Of a DNA stretch of 64,000 nt, positions 1 to 15,046 are shown piece after piece. The stretch comes from Phoronis australis (lineage: Eukaryota > Animalia > Phoronida), in contig NMRA01000099.1 in the NCBI GenBank assembly GCA_002633005.1, positions 823,633 to 887,632 of the forward strand. The letters run 5' to 3'. Below the pieces are notes generated by a model. It saw nothing but the letters and a program-made list of their open reading frames with translations. It was not told the origin of the DNA and did not search any database. The translations under genes were made by a program, and so were the position numbers. Numbering within the stretch: position 1 is the stretch's first letter; the number at the start of each line of letters is the position of its first letter.

Positions 1-3000
1 ATGGGCACCTATCAAAACCAGGCAAAAATGCTGACCTAATGAAAAGTACATTATATGGTGATAGACGACAGTGATGTTACCAATAAGACTTCAATTTAAC
101 AGAGGATATGTGACCAAGGAAATTAGTTGATGCTTCACTGACCAGACTTCATCCATACCACAATACACAAACTTCTCAAACAGCAATGAATAATAGATAC
201 AAGATACACCAGGCAATGGAAGTTAAATCTTAAATTAGTTTCAAAAGAACACAAGCATTTTAAGAAAATATGTAGGTATGCCATTACTCATCGCATCGGT
301 TACTGTAGTTACTCCAGCTTTTTACAACTACCAATAACATGTCAATCTGTAATTTGCAAAAAAAAACACAACGACAAGCAACCACAGTCCGCAGCAAATA
401 CATAGGAAGGTGGCGACCAGAACAACCGAAGTTCCTAGCAATCTCATTGGTGAAAATGTGCAAGTCACCCATTGAGATAACTGCCCTGCTCCACTTAAGA
501 GACTATTTCGCACATGAACACACAGTTGATACAGACCATGAAATGCGCAACACATTACCACCATGCAAGTTTGCACCACGGAAGTTGTATTGCGTTAATT
601 TATGTCACGCGCCGTGTCAAACATGCCACATAAACAACGCGTAACCAAGAACCCAAACAAGTAGTCACAAAATCTAGCTCAAGCAGAAAGCCACCATTTT
701 GACGTTGCCTTTAGTAAAAATACAGACCGCTTGTTATCATGGTATAACATCTTCCTGCGTTAATTACAGCTCGTTGCTAGAATTGGTATTATTTCATTTT
801 TCAAAGACTTCCAACATTGTTGAGGATGCCCACAATTCCCTTGTCTAACTGTAACTGCAGTAGAGATCTTTAGCATTCTTTTGATGAAATAATGAAAAAA
901 TAATCCATTTGTCAGCCAGGTTGTATCCTAAATTGGTGACCTTTTACTGTACTGTTGCCCTAGAGTCGTTATCCTTGGAACAATAGAAAGTGATGCAAAT
1001 TGCACAGCAAAAGGCACTAATTTGAGAAAACACAAAGTTTGACTCTGTTGAACACAGTCTGTATAAGTTTTTGGTGTTGAATAAACAACCAATTTGCAGG
1101 CATTTTGTTAGGCAATTAGTGTTCTTGCATTCTTAGTAAACAAAAGCTAACAAAACAGTAAATGTAGAGAATGAAGATTACGTATGGTCTGTATTTTTAG
1201 TAAAGATAACATCAAAAACCGTTGCTTTTCCCTTCAAAGCCCTGTCCTTTTCACACTATTCCCTTTCAAAGCAATTGCAAAAAGTCATTCACAGAAATAG
1301 CTGCCTACTCCTAGAAAGGGAAACGAACTTTCAAACACTTCAGATATCTTGCAAACTCAGCTCTAGACACGACAGCTGATTAATTTTTGAACTGCATGAC
1401 TGTCTAAATATTGATAAGAAATTGTACAATGATTGAGATGACATAACAAAACTTAAATAACAGCTCACAGTGATGAAAAGCCATGCAAATTAAAAAACAA
1501 TCAGACATGAAAACAGTTGAACGCATCCAAATTTAACCAAAAATTTCAAAATTGAACTTAGCTCAGAATTTCACAAACCAAAGAAAGCAGGGGAGTATGA
1601 ACTGTGCGACTTCCAAGATGAAAGTCAAACTAGTCAGACTTAAACATTCCTAACTTTAGTTTGGAATCAATAGTAGATTCTAAGACAACAAAAAGACATT
1701 CTGTTCTGACCTTGATAAACATGCACCAGTACATAAGTTACACATAGTACTAAGTAATTGTTTGCTACTGCCTATCCTTGGAGTGCAGACAATCCCTCAT
1801 ACACAAACTACCCCCCTTCCCCATATCATGTGAACATTGCATGACCAAGACCAAGACAAGCATGTCTGACCCACATAAGGCTGGTAAACAGAGGGAGAAT
1901 GTGAACTCATATTGAGGTCAGTGGCCTCAAAAGGCACCACTCCAGGTTTAATGGCCTTGTTCTCACACAAATCTAAGACAAAGTACCAGATGCTGTGAAT
2001 CAATTGGCCAGTCAGTCAATGAACTGAAGAAAGCACGACACAAGTCACATTCTGAATGATTATGGTAAATTCTTCACTTTTAGCACACAATATGGCTTGC
2101 AATTGAAATTTTATTTTGTTAAGTTTCTCCACAAAGTCAAGATTCAGAACATGTTTAGTCTCTTGCGAGCACAAATTGTGATGTGCAGATGTTACAAAAC
2201 AACATTTGCTAAAGTTCTCAGTATTTCGAAAAAGGTAATCAGCTTTTGAAAAATGGATAAATGACAATTTTGGCAAATATTTTGGTGCGAAATAAGTGAA
2301 CAACCGCAGGTGCCATAAAGATTTTTGTGAACATACAAACCTAGACGACTGGAGCAGGCAATAACACAAACAAGAACTTTTGGGTAGAAAAAGTAAATGG
2401 CCTATTTGTATTCTTTTTTCAACCGATGGTCTCCCTTTAGGAACACTTTTTATCAGGCCAAAACAGCGTAGTTAGTTATAGTCTCTGCCCTCACTCATAT
2501 TGAGAGCCTAGCTCATCCAACTAAAAAATGCCCGTCCACATCAATTTAAGCCAGGGTTTTGCACTTTTTTGAAAAGTTGCACAAAGGTAGGTAAGCAAGG
2601 ACAAGTAAGGATTGAAAGGCCATAATTTCCGGAACATCAACTGTAAAAGTAAGCCACATTATCATTTTTGCCACCAAGTTGGGTTCCCCTTCCACAGACC
2701 ATCAGGGCAAAGGTTGTGAAGTAACAATGATTTGAATAATGTATTTGTTTTTGTAAAGATTCCCCTAACATTTGACCAAAGCATATAAAATCGAATATAT
2801 TGTTTCACAACCGCTTTCTGTCAGCAAACACTGAATTAGCATGTGCTCACACGGCCTCGGTGCCCGGTCAATTACCTTTGTTGCCAGCAACAAAAGCCGG
2901 TAACGCAGTGGTTATTCATTGCTGGCTTCTCATAACATTTGCACTCACGAGCAGTCCAAGGCATTACAAATTGCATCTAATGAGACAGACTTTGTTTCAC

Positions 3001-3240
3001 TTTCATATAAGCATTGGTTAGGATGAGAATAATTAATTTTGAAAAAGAACGCCGAATAATAAACGTCTACATGCCAACACGCCCGGCGCCAATCCCAACT
3101 TAGTCAAGAGCTCATCCGACGAAGACTTCACGGGTCGGATCGTTAGGTTTCACAGGCTATCAGTTCGAACCGGAATACACTGATCAAGAAATACTAGACG
3201 TGCCGTGAACATGCACAGGCAACGGAACGTATGGATAGTT

Positions 3241-3410
3241 CTTTGGTAAACTGGAATTCTTCAGAGAAATCACTGTCGACGAAATGCCGGCCACAGACAC
3301 GGAGATGTTTCACGGCCTCATACTTGCTATTAACGGCGTACCTTTCATTCTTCACTACCGCGAGCAACTTCCTAAGTATTTTGGGCTCTCGAGGAAGTCG
3401 AAAAAACGAT
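3241..3410 (-). pseudogene. decayed THAP-domain fragment (transposon-derived)
   Basis: The minus frame reads *SFFRLPREPKILRKLLAVVKNERYAVNSKYEAVKHLRVCGRHFVDSDF, matching the THAP pattern FFxxP...W(here L)...RVCxxHF. There is an in-frame stop just upstream. Confidence 0.7.
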
Positions 3411-5539
3411 TAACCCGCTTTTTTGCCACTGCTGGGTCTAGTAGAAATTAAGTGTCATAAAACCAAAAGGGAGGAAGAGCGACTCTGGCAGGTGTTAGCA
3501 GCCCAAGATTTGATATACCGGGTATGTACCCCAGTGGACATATTCTTATGTACCCCACAATCTAACATATTGTTTTTATCAACATTCTGTGTCCTATGAT
3601 TAAGATTTTCCCTTTTGTTTTTTACACAGGAGGTAGTCTGTGTCTTAACTATCTCACACATATAACAGATGTGGGCAGAACTATTCACTGACCCAATTAA
3701 CAGGCCATCAATCATAGTAACCTCCTGTATAGCTATCCTCAAATCACGCCCAGGTGTAATGATTCCATATCAAAACAAACAACATGCAGTGAGGTCAATC
3801 AGGATATGGCAGTGAAATAATGCTGGCATAGCGGCTTCTTTCTCACATAGCTTACTTTGCCTCACTTCTATACAACTGGCGCCTTCTTTAAGATTTCTGC
3901 CCTCTTTCTGCAAGCTACAACACACAGTTTCCGTACCTTGATCACATCCATGTTCAATGGCCGACAGGAGAAATGTCGATTTTTTATATTTTTTTCAATG
4001 AAAGATGTGTAGCTCAAAATTAATGCTTTAACATGTTCAAGTCCAGTATAAAAGCAACCATTGGGACAATATCTTGATAAACTGTGGGAATTGACGACTC
4101 GGTTGGAAACCCTTGACGAGTGAAAAAGGGCAATTTTAACAGTTATCTTAGTCCGAAATCAGTGACAATTTATCCCAATTGGAAAAAAAACAATGACCTA
4201 CTCAATGACAATCTCCACTGCAAAATATGTCTATAACATGTTAACTAAAAAGGATGCTTTATCAGATTAAGGTTTAGAGTGGCCGGGAGATAAGACTCAC
4301 AGGGTCACCTGCTTCCATCAATTTAAAACAAAAACCAACTTTTTGATATGCCTCAAAGCTACCGAAACCACAGACTTTACAGTAATTTTAATTTATTACA
4401 AAATAGGGTATGCAAGACACATCAATACTCCTTATACGACAAGACTAAAAAATAAGTACAGCTATTCGACACTATTTCAATAATTTGTGTTATGTAAAGG
4501 AGAAAAAGAGCCTTTTGAACATGGCTCAGAGCTTTTCAAGCATGGTTTAAGTTTTCCCCGCAGGGTACAGCACCATGCTTGAATGAACGCAAGAAGACTG
4601 TTAACCTGACGAGTATAAAAAGATTCACCTGGACAACATGTGATCATTATTAAAAGGTCAATAGCGTCAAGGACAAAATGCACAGCTGATCACCAACACA
4701 TGAACAACAACACAGCCATTGATTTAAGCCATAGATGACATTATTATCCAAGTGCTTGACACCTGTTGAAAGACTTGGAGCAATGGTACATTTTTGTTTG
4801 AAAATATTATGAACTTTGCTATTCCGAGAAATTTTCAGTCCAAGCTGGACTTTGCCAACAAAGACAAATCAAGAGTTCGGGAATTACGGTATGTTTAAGT
4901 TAGAAAAGAACATGGCATAACAGTATAATTTTATTTCATCAAAATGTTCAACAAGAGTAAAGATTTAGAAGCCAACCCATAATCTGTAACCTTCGCGGTA
5001 CTTATTGGAAACAGTAGGCATGCCTGCTGTTTGAAAACTTATGTCTGTCACCAATGACTACACAATGAAATTTTGAAGATCCTTAGCATTACAGTGAGCA
5101 TTTGAGAAATGAAAAATTGACAATTTTTGGTTGTTTTTTTGTTTGAATTTGAGGAAATTTTAAAGTATTCAAGATGTTACTACAGTATTACATGACAAAA
5201 GCAAACTGATAAAATACCATTTGCCTTGCCATGACATTTCAATACCAGAAATGAGTGGTAATGGCCATTATGGGGGCAAAATTCTAATACCAGAACAGCT
5301 TAGCAACCTTTCCAGCTGTTCTGCTAATTCCTCTTCATTCTGGGTCTTGAGATAAGACTATTCTTACAGCGAATAGACTTCCACTCAGCCATCATGGGGG
5401 AGGAGGGAATTCTGGGCCATTTTTTTGAATATTTTTGCAGTGTAATGATATTTTGAAGTGAGTTCATGACCCAAGACAATAACTCGTTACCTGTATTGTA
5501 ATTCAGATTGCTAAACCACCGTCTAAGAGTGCCGGCGTC

Positions 5540-5794
5540 GTTGCACTCATTGTGATCATCGATCTTTTTCTAAAAGTTGGGGAATCGCGCGTTTCCTTAG
5601 CACTAGGCGCTAAATCTTCATTCTTTAAAAGTCGGGGATGGGCGCTTAACCGAGGGGTGGGCGCTTAACTGAAAATCTTCAAAAATCGCAGGGGAGCGCT
5701 TAACCGAGCAGTGGGCGGTTAAATCGAAAATCCACTTGAAGTCGGGGATGGGCGGTTAACTGAGCATGGGCGTTAACCCGAACGATTACGGTAG
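5540..5794 (+). mobile_element. MITE fragment with GGGCGCTTAA subrepeats, ending TACGGTA (Tc1/pogo-like)
   Basis: Repeated gggcg(c/g)ttaac units ending cgattacggta. A related fragment lies at ~51545-51700. Confidence 0.5.
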
Positions 5795-5799
5795 TAAAG

Positions 5800-6400
5800 A
5801 TCCTGCAAATGGTTTAGGAGATAGTCATGGGTGCAAAAAAACAAAGTTGCCACTAGGGGGTGCCACAGTAGTTGAAGGCATCGGAAAATCATTGTCAGCC
5901 CCCTCTTCATAGTAAGAACATACATGGCAATTTTCACAATCATCCTTAAAGCAGTTTGTTTGAAAGAGGGGAGAACGCCAAAAAAGCAGACTCGAAAACA
6001 GTAAAAATGGCCACTAGGTGGCGCAGAATACCTCGAATTTATCCGAAAAGTAAGAACACATATGCCAATTTTCAAAATCATCCCTAGAGCTGTTTGGTTA
6101 ATAGAACGCGGACGCCAAAAAACAGACTCAAAAACAGTAAAAATGGGCACTACGTGGCGCGAAGTGATCCGAAACCGTCTGAAAACGGCAGAATGGCATT
6201 ATCTCGCTAATAGATGCCCAACTGCCAAATATTATTAAAATCTGTTAAGGACCTCCAAATCTACAGAGGTAAGTGTAAAAAAATTAAAATCTCCACTAGG
6301 GGACACACTAGTAGTTGGAAAGGTCCGAAATCCGTCATCATCCGATGCCAGCTTCATGGGAACACATCTGCCAAATCATATAAATATGTGGGCGCATAAA
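5800..6400 (-). repeat. dispersed modular repeat with CCACTAGGTGGCGC subrepeats (copy A)
   Basis: Reverse complement of 29020-29630 over long stretches, with internal subrepeats. Related sequence at ~11200-11660 and ~31100-32050. Confidence 0.75.
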
Positions 6401-7206
6401 AAGGGCTTAAATACAAAACAGTGTAAACAAGTCTCCAGTGACAATACAAAACAACTGTGAATAACATGCCCAATGTGTAAATAAAGAAAACACAAAAATA
6501 AACATTTCAGCTCATGAACATCTAAAGCAATATGTCAGTGAGATTGCATCACCGCAGAATGCCTTTCTGCCTTGGCATCTCCAAATACTGTCTAGTCTGG
6601 AAACTAAAACCATTAATTATAGATATTTTTTACAAGTGGGACAAAACAAGATATAAAAGGCCAAATCCCAACAGCTGCTTCATGTCTAGTGTTCTTTTTT
6701 CACTTCTCCATAGTTGCTAACATTCAAAATTGAAAAAGCAGGACATCTCAGTGCATCTATGCCACACCAAAAATAGCAAATGTATGCCGTAACACCATGG
6801 ATACAGCAGTTATTGCGGAAAAGCACGCAACTTCAACCCCCACGGTGTTGGTATAATGTAAATTTTCCACGTATGTCAAAAAGTGGGAAATGTTGATTCT
6901 GTGATGAGATGCAAGGCATAGCTTCAAAAACAAGATGGTCCTGCTTGAGATGGTCCTGCTTGAGATAGTCCTGCCAAAAGCGGGACAGTTGACCAGCATC
7001 TGGTTTAACAAAGGAAGGTGGACACATGCTGATATGATATTTAGTACAAAACATAAATCAGTAAAGGAAACTAAAATTAGCTCAAGGACAGAAAGCCAAC
7101 ATGTCAAACCAGTGAAAAATACAAAAAAATTCAGTCTGTTATCAGCTCATTTACCCAGTCAGTTGACATCACTATGTTGGCCTAGGAGAATATGGTTCAA
7201 TTAGCA

Positions 7207-7256
7207 ATGAATGAATGAATGAATGAATGAATGAATGAATGAATGAATGAATGAAT
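7207..7256 (+). repeat. (GAAT)n microsatellite
   Basis: Directly visible. Confidence 0.95.
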
Positions 7257-10200
7257 TAATAAGCAAATGAACCAATGAATGTAGGAAGCCTGGCTATTAA
7301 GTATCTACAATTGACAATAGTCAGTTGTATGTGTATTGCCCATGCAGCACATATCAGAAAACACAGGACAAAACACTACTTTCATACTAAACAGTGGAGC
7401 AGGTGAATGCGATATGTCTTGCATCATTCTCAGTACCCTACACCTGAAGCTGTGTTGCAAAGGGTCATGGGGTGGCCTCAGTGACAGTTATCCTTGAATC
7501 TGGATGATCAGGTGAAGTGATCCACCCCACAAAAAATTGACAGGGTGCAGCTTGGTACCAGGGTGGCAATTCATCCTACTGTACTTGGTGGACGCTTAAA
7601 GGGATACAGAATCGCTTTAGGTTCATTAACAGATATTAACGACGGCTTTCTCATCCAGCTCTCTAAAACAACATAATGATCAGTAACCCTTCTCAAACCT
7701 CAAAACTTTAGAAAAGAATTTGAAATTCCTTACAAAGCTTGCTAAACAGGTTGATTTATATGTCAACATCAGGGAAAGAACACCTAGGTAGAACCACAAC
7801 ATCCATTCTGTGACCACAGTATCTGTTTTTAGTGGAATCCGGCTTTTATCACTCAAGTGAGACACAAAATGTGCACTAGCAATGGAGAGAATGAGGACTG
7901 GTTGAGATCAAAAGTGGGGTCAGGTATAAATTCAGTTGAACATACTGTTTTAGTTTGGCATGAAATAGGGTAGTTATCCGATTATTCCGAACAAACTAAA
8001 TCAAATACATTTTCCAGATAGTCAGAGTGTATGAAAAATAAGTCTCTGTAGTTGGCTGGCGTACAAAATTAACCGAGTATCACCCGAGTATTACCAAGCA
8101 TCGCAAGCTGCTGTGTGTAAATTTCACAAAAAAACAGTTACCAACGAGATCCAATGAACAGCAATTAAAGCTGCATTACGTCATGTTTTGTTGGCTAAAA
8201 AACAGCAATCAAATTCGACAATTTACTTTCATAATATCAATCTCATACTATTCCTTACCATAACAGTATTCTTTTTCCATTACCAACAAGAAAATTAAAA
8301 CCATCTGCGACTTGAGCAAATGCTACGGAGTTTATTGGGGTTGGCAAACTTAAAATTCCAAATTTGAAAATGGTGCATGTACGCATTAGAGATGAAAGCT
8401 TATTTGGAAATAGAGTCAAGATTGGATGCGCATGGATATGCACTGCTCCAAAGATTCGAAATTGATGAAGTGAAAGTCATTTTTAATCTAAACCCAAGTA
8501 TTCATGTTCCATTCCATCAACTCATTAGTTGAGACAACAGACATTATATACAGAAACAAGCTGGTCACACAGCTTGTTTTAATTTGCATACTTTGCAGTC
8601 AATGCGTACGTGCATACTGCAAATCGAATTTCCGTATGAATATGTATGTTTTGGATACCGTGCACAGGTCTGTCGTAATGTTTTTAACCCCGAAGTGCCT
8701 CGGTTAACAATCAACAATGATAGTTACCTGCACTTTATCTTGTTCCAATAAAAGTACTTTACCCGTCAGTAAAAAACCCTGTATTGATGAATCACAGATC
8801 TTATCTAGGTCACCCCTTTCATCTCATGTTTACAACAACATGGTGCATATGCAGTGTTCAGACAGCTACAGAAGTGTTTACTACAGTAAAAACTCGCCTC
8901 TTTTCAATTTTTAAAGGCTTCTGACACTGTTGCGAATACCCATAAAATTACCAAAACGTCTTCTGGTACAGATTTTGAACACATGGAAAAGCATTGATTT
9001 GGAGCTACATACCTTTCATGAAAAAATGAAAACTTATTCGCCATATTGTGTCCTAAATTTGTGAGATTTTGCCTCATTAGAATTAATGAGAGTGCTTGGC
9101 GATCACATTTTCTGAGGTGCAAAACCGACTGAGGCAAGAAATTCTCAAGAAGTAGCTTCGTGTGAATTAAGTGAGGGGGGGGAGGGACAGGGACTAATCC
9201 ATTCCAATCTCTTCTGACTTGTAATTCACCATCAAGTAACGTACCAACAAAGGCTGGCCCTCACAACAAGGGTCATACATGTCCACCAATACGGGAATTA
9301 CATACTAATTGGTACATATTTTTGCTGTTTCTGTAGTGCTATGGTGTAGTGCCAAAATGCTACGTATTTTCGGTAACTAATATGCATTTTTGCTAATGTT
9401 CATAAGAAAGTTTTCAAAGTTTCGGTTTGGCTATTACTGGCAACGTCTTTAGTTGAAATAATCTCATATCACCGGCAAGCCTTGCTCGACTGGACCAAAG
9501 GAGCTACCAAAGAGTATAATAACATTCATAGCTACTAGATGTAGGAGTCTCTAACAGGTAAGTAGGTGCATACAATGCATTTTGCAACTTGACCATATTT
9601 TGACCCGTTTTCATCAGTGCTATGGTTTTTACAAAAATTGCTATAGTTAAAGCAAAAAAATGGTTGACATGTATGAGGGTGCATAACAGCCACTTCCACA
9701 AAGCATTCAATCGTCTACTACTTTTAAATACCATGCTTGGCATCAGTTCTACAGGTGACTCTTCCCTCATACTTCACTGCTGCAAGTTTCTAGTAAATAG
9801 GCAACACTGATGCAAACCTTATTCTACAGACTAGACACTTGTCTTTAATGAGGGATTCTGTTAAAGGATACTTAGAATAATTCATTATGAAGAGAAAAAT
9901 AAGCAAATGGTGTTTTACGCTCTCTTCTATCTAGCCTTTTTTAAAGTGCGAAAGTAGTGACACCCAACAGAACACAGTCTACTCAAAGTCGTACGTAGTT
10001 TCCAAATAACAAAGTCACATACAGTCAGAAAACTAAACGAATCTAATCAAGTGCCGGTGGCCGGAAGGAGGTTAGCGCAGTCTCGTTTTCAGAAACCAAA
10101 CAAAGAACCCTAAAAATAAGCATCAGTCTAAAAAGGTGGACAACCCAAGAATTCTTCAAAACAACAAATGGCTTTTTGGTGTAGCCTGGAGCCCTAGAAA

Positions 10201-10720
10201 AAATTGTGTGTTATCCACTTTGTTGCATGACCACATTTCCAGAACAACCAGTCCCGAGTTAAGTAAGAACGAAATATGCTGTCTATTCAAAAACTTCAGA
10301 AGTCATAAGCATTCTCTCCCTGTGTGCTGGGATAAGTTTTAGGACAGACGTGGGTGTGTGGCCAGTCAAAACAGTGCTACATGAAGCATTCTTGACACCC
10401 TGGTAAGGTCGCCACATGTTACTTACCCTGACAAATACACAGACATGCTACACAGACACATCTTCTATAAATACATCTTCACATTTTTACATGCCTGGAA
10501 CATCATGTATGGATACTGATAACTCCTCTGAATACTCTGTGCATGCGTTATGTGAACTCCCCAAATCAGTTGTTAGAAAAATTCACAAATGCCAGTTGAG
10601 AATTGAACATTCACAACCCGACTGACGATTTCCTCATTTGTTAATTAATCCTGTACAAGCTTTGCAGTCATACCAACTATGCGCTTTATCAAGAAAGTAT
10701 TCTATTTGTGCAGATTTCTA

Positions 10721-10820
10721 CTACAACATCCCATGTCACGTGAAACAGATGATGGCTATTGTCATCCATTCTACAACATCCCATGTCACGTGAAACAGAT
10801 GATGGCTATTGTCATCCATC
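10721..10820 (+). repeat. 50-bp tandem duplication
   Basis: ctacaacatcccatgtcacgtgaaacagatgatggctattgtcatccat occurs twice in tandem. Confidence 0.95.
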
Positions 10821-13800
10821 CACGTGAATTACTACATGCGAAAAAAAAACCCCGAATCTATTTGCAGTAACATTTTTTGTTGCGTACCCGCCGGACTCCT
10901 TCTACTGGGAATTGATGACTGACTGGTTCCCACGAAACCGCATCGCTCTCTCATGACGTTTATCAATGACAACTGCAGAGACTTGGACTACGAGCGAGCG
11001 TGTCAAGTCAACTTTAATCTAACCCCACAGCTGCTCTCACACCCTGTTCAAACAAAGAGTTCTTTCTGTCCAGTGCCCTCACATCTACTGTCTGGAACAC
11101 ACACACATGCTGTGGACTAGTTAAGTGCACCCTACTGACAAACCTCAGTGGCGTAGTATACCCTATTTTGTTATCAAAACAAGAGCAACGTGAGCATTGA
11201 AATGAGCCCACGACAGCACTGCAAATGGTGTGCTTCAGGGGCTGTTTATTTGTATCATTAGAAGGCGCACAATACATTGAACCCATCCAAAAATGGGAAG
11301 GTATCGTTGTCTCTCAATACTATTTTCCAAATTTCATGAAAATCCATCAAAGAACTCCAAAGATACAACAGCACATGTTAACAAAAACTGCCATTAGGAA
11401 CCACAGCGGTAGTCGAAGCAGTCCATCTGCTATCAAGTTAATAAGAATACAACTGCAAAATTTCAAAAACATCTTACAAGGGGTTTAGGAAATACAGCCG
11501 TAGATGTGAAAAAAATGTCCTGAGGGAGCACCACAGTAGTTGGACCCATTTGAAAATCCACGACAGTCATACTCTTGTCAGTAGGAACATGTCTTTCAAT
11601 TCTCATGATCCTAAGCACCGTTTAGCAGATACGTTAGTAAGCAGACCACAAAAACTGACTAAAGAAATGACTCTTGCACAATAAGGTTGGAAAACGACAG
11701 TTGTGAAGTTCTAGTGGCAGTAAATTCCATAAAAATAACCAATACCGGAACAAACGAATGCAAACAAATTCCACGCATGCGTGGCACAACCTCAGCAGTG
11801 CGAGACTGAAGTTGGCATTCCAAGGCTAGAGTTTTACGATTTAACTGAAAAGACATTGTCATGTGACCCAACTAATGAGAGATTGGTATGAGTTATTAAA
11901 AATTAAATTATACGGGTTTTCAACTTGCAGAAAATGCGTACTTTTGTCAAATTAAAACCTTTATTTTCCTTGAAATCTGGCTGAGTTGTATTTTGTTGAT
12001 ATCTCAATAAATACATTGGACTTGTCATACTGGACTGAGGTCCTATACAATCTTAATAATTGGTAGAAAATTTTACTGAGTGTTGTTACTGCACACACAA
12101 CGTTGCAAATTATTGAAGACCTGTATGGTTGTATAACTGTTGAGGAGATGGACACATGGTGATAACCATGTCAAGTTTTAAGAAACTAGAAATTATGACT
12201 GTGTGAATATATAGAATACCTTCAGAAGATTAGGTAAGCCATTACACAACTTCTCAAGGTTATCTAACTTAGACTTGTAGGCAAGCTTGGACCAGACAGA
12301 ATAACAGATATACCTAGGTGCCAGAAGTTTTCTAAAGATTTTCAAAGTAATTTGGAATGTTGACAATTGTTACCAAACATACTTGGTGTTGCGGCCAGTA
12401 TAAATGGTTAAATTCCGTCCTGGATCGAAGTTAACAGTGCCAGTTAACTTCGCAATAAACAGGTGGACTTAACAGCGGATCATCGATTCTGCGGTGCAGT
12501 ATGAACGGTTAGTTTCGGTCCCATCGAAGAAATCGCTAGGGGCCACTGTTATCGTCAACAATTAAAAAGGGCAGTGTCATTCCTAATATTTGTTTATATT
12601 TTGCTCGAATAATCACCAATCGTATTGGAAATAAGTTTTATGTCATTTAGGACATGTAAATGTTCCCAAATTGTCACATTAAAAAAATCTTAACGTGCAC
12701 GCGATGCATCAGCTACCTTGCAATTATTTCAATGACACCAGCGTCACATGTTGTTTACTTCCACGTAGGTTAACTACAGAAGCAGGTATGAAGGGTATCT
12801 TGGCAGTTCAGTTAACTTGGCATCAACCACTCACTCACACTGGTTATGGGTAAGTCAGTATGAAAGGGTCTTTACAGACAGGTTACTGTTGTCTAGTTGC
12901 AAGCCCATTGTATACCACCACACATAGGGTAGATCAATAGAGACCAAAGACATTACATCACACCCCAAGCAACTTCTCCAAATATTGGAAATCAACAACA
13001 TGGTGTGGTAGTCTACTAGTATGTCACTTACACTGCCACATTTGTTCAAACCAGCAGAATTGAACAAATGTACCTTTTTAAAAGTCTGAAGCACATGCCA
13101 CAGTATCAGTATACGGTACTATACAGATTGATATATCTAACATTTCTAAAACAGAGTCTAGGTCAAAAAAGCTAGGTTCTGATATGTTTTATTTGAAATT
13201 TAGTAAGTGGTGCAATATTTGTGAGTAGCCCATCTTTCCAAAAAAGAAAGTCTTTCAAAGATGAGCAAAAATGATGCATGATTTTTACTCATTATTCAGC
13301 AAATTACTGCGTCAAACTCAAACCTTGTTTACCCTTGATTATATGCCTTTGTTCAGCTTTTCAAAAAGAAACACTAGATTTTTTATGAAAGTCCTGCGGG
13401 CGGGCGCACTTTTTTTAGGCGGTGAACGCAGATCTCAAAATGAGTCAGAGTACTGACCAGAACCAAGTGTGCCAGTTTCAGCCTTATCTGGCGATTATCT
13501 AGTCACAACTTTTGACCCATTGTAATTTCTATTACTCACCCCTAAGCAAATCCTGGCATTTCAAATCTTGCTTACCTTGCTTAGGTACAGCTTTGCTGCA
13601 AGAACACTAGACCTTGACTGAAATTGATGATTTAGGCGGTGAGTGTAGGTCTCAAAAATGAATACAGACCAAAACCACTACGCTTTTGGGACTAAACTGA
13701 TGATTTTCCAGTCATAACTGGACCCAATGTAGTTTCCCGATTTCCCAGGAGAAAGCTAGTGGACTTTCCTGTACTACCTCCATGCAGTGACATCAAACTT

Positions 13801-14054
13801 TCCGTCCCTATGAGTCAGACTAGCCTGAGCTTTTGGAGACGTTTCATTAAATAGAAGTGAGATACTTGCAGGAAAATGACCACTTACTAAAATCATACAA
13901 GTAAAAGGCTAGAGTTCAATACAACCCTACTCAGGTGAGCTTGGAATGGTGACTTACAGGATTCAATTCATTGTTTCTGTTGCATTAACCAAGATTTCTC
14001 GTAGCAAGGGCTTTGTGAGTGTCTTGCGTCAAAAAAACGCATCCCTGTTAACAT

Positions 14055-14712
14055 ATGTGTTTATCCCACAAGGGTTGAATCAGTCAAGGGAAATGCGACC
14101 TCTGACATGGAAAGTTCAAAAGGTACGTCAATGTCGACTCGAGCTCGATAGCTGGTTCTATCATCAAACTTTCGGAAAATAGTTTATTTAGTAATGCAAC
14201 TGCAACAGTGTGAATAACACTTGACATGCAATCAGGTCTCAGTCCTAATATCCAGAACAGGACTGTTAATTAGCGGGTATATGTCAGTTCTGTCTCGGGT
14301 TTTCAATTGCTAATATTATGTCGTCTGCAACTCAGGCGCCCATTCCTCGGTAACTACAATATGAAATATTGTTGATACTTAACTATTTTCAGGAGATGTT
14401 ACATGTTCAATGCACAGTTACCATTGCTTTCATCTTTGTTATCTCTTCTCAAGTAACAAATCATTACATTTAAAACCGTTTCTTTCATTAGAGAAACTTG
14501 CAACCTAACGCGCAAGTACATACACATAAGCTGTGATCCACCACGTGAACAGTCTGAGTGAAGTATTTGAAAAATCTGGCGAAAAAATGAAAGAAACCCA
14601 CTCAACATTACTCCGCGTATCGACCTTGACCTTTGGTCTCGGTCAACACACCGAATAATGTCTCGTGGGATATTACTTCATCAACGCCACTCTCGGTACA
14701 TTTTGTTTATAT
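14055..14712 (-). repeat. dispersed repeat, inverted relative to copies at 61170-61390 and 61643-61832
   Basis: 14060-14140 and 14615-14712 are reverse complements of segments of the 61 kb repeat, e.g. gacctctgacatggaaagttcaaaagg versus ccttttgaactttccatgtcagaggtc. Confidence 0.75.
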
Positions 14713-15046
14713 ATGTACATGAATATATACCAGTGGTTATCGTGATATTCAAAAGTATTTAATGGAGAACGAATATCAAATGCATTTGCAAATCACAAAT
14801 GCTGTTTGAAGTTCACTCATATCTGACCATTTAGTAGCACATATATCTCTTGCAGCATATTGCACTGCTTCTAGAATACTGCATATTCCTCACACTTATC
14901 TAAAGAATACACTGTATGTAAACCAAGTCATCAACTAACTTTTATTGCCAACACCAGCTGGGACATGCCTTTGAATAACACTTCGAATAGGAAGATCATT
15001 CAATCACAGCTAGTTGGGATCACCACCTGTGTATGGTATTCAATGT

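Noticed and set aside
1-330. Possible Penelope RT/endonuclease remnant at the window start
   Set aside because: Only vague similarity with many stops; not supportable by eye.
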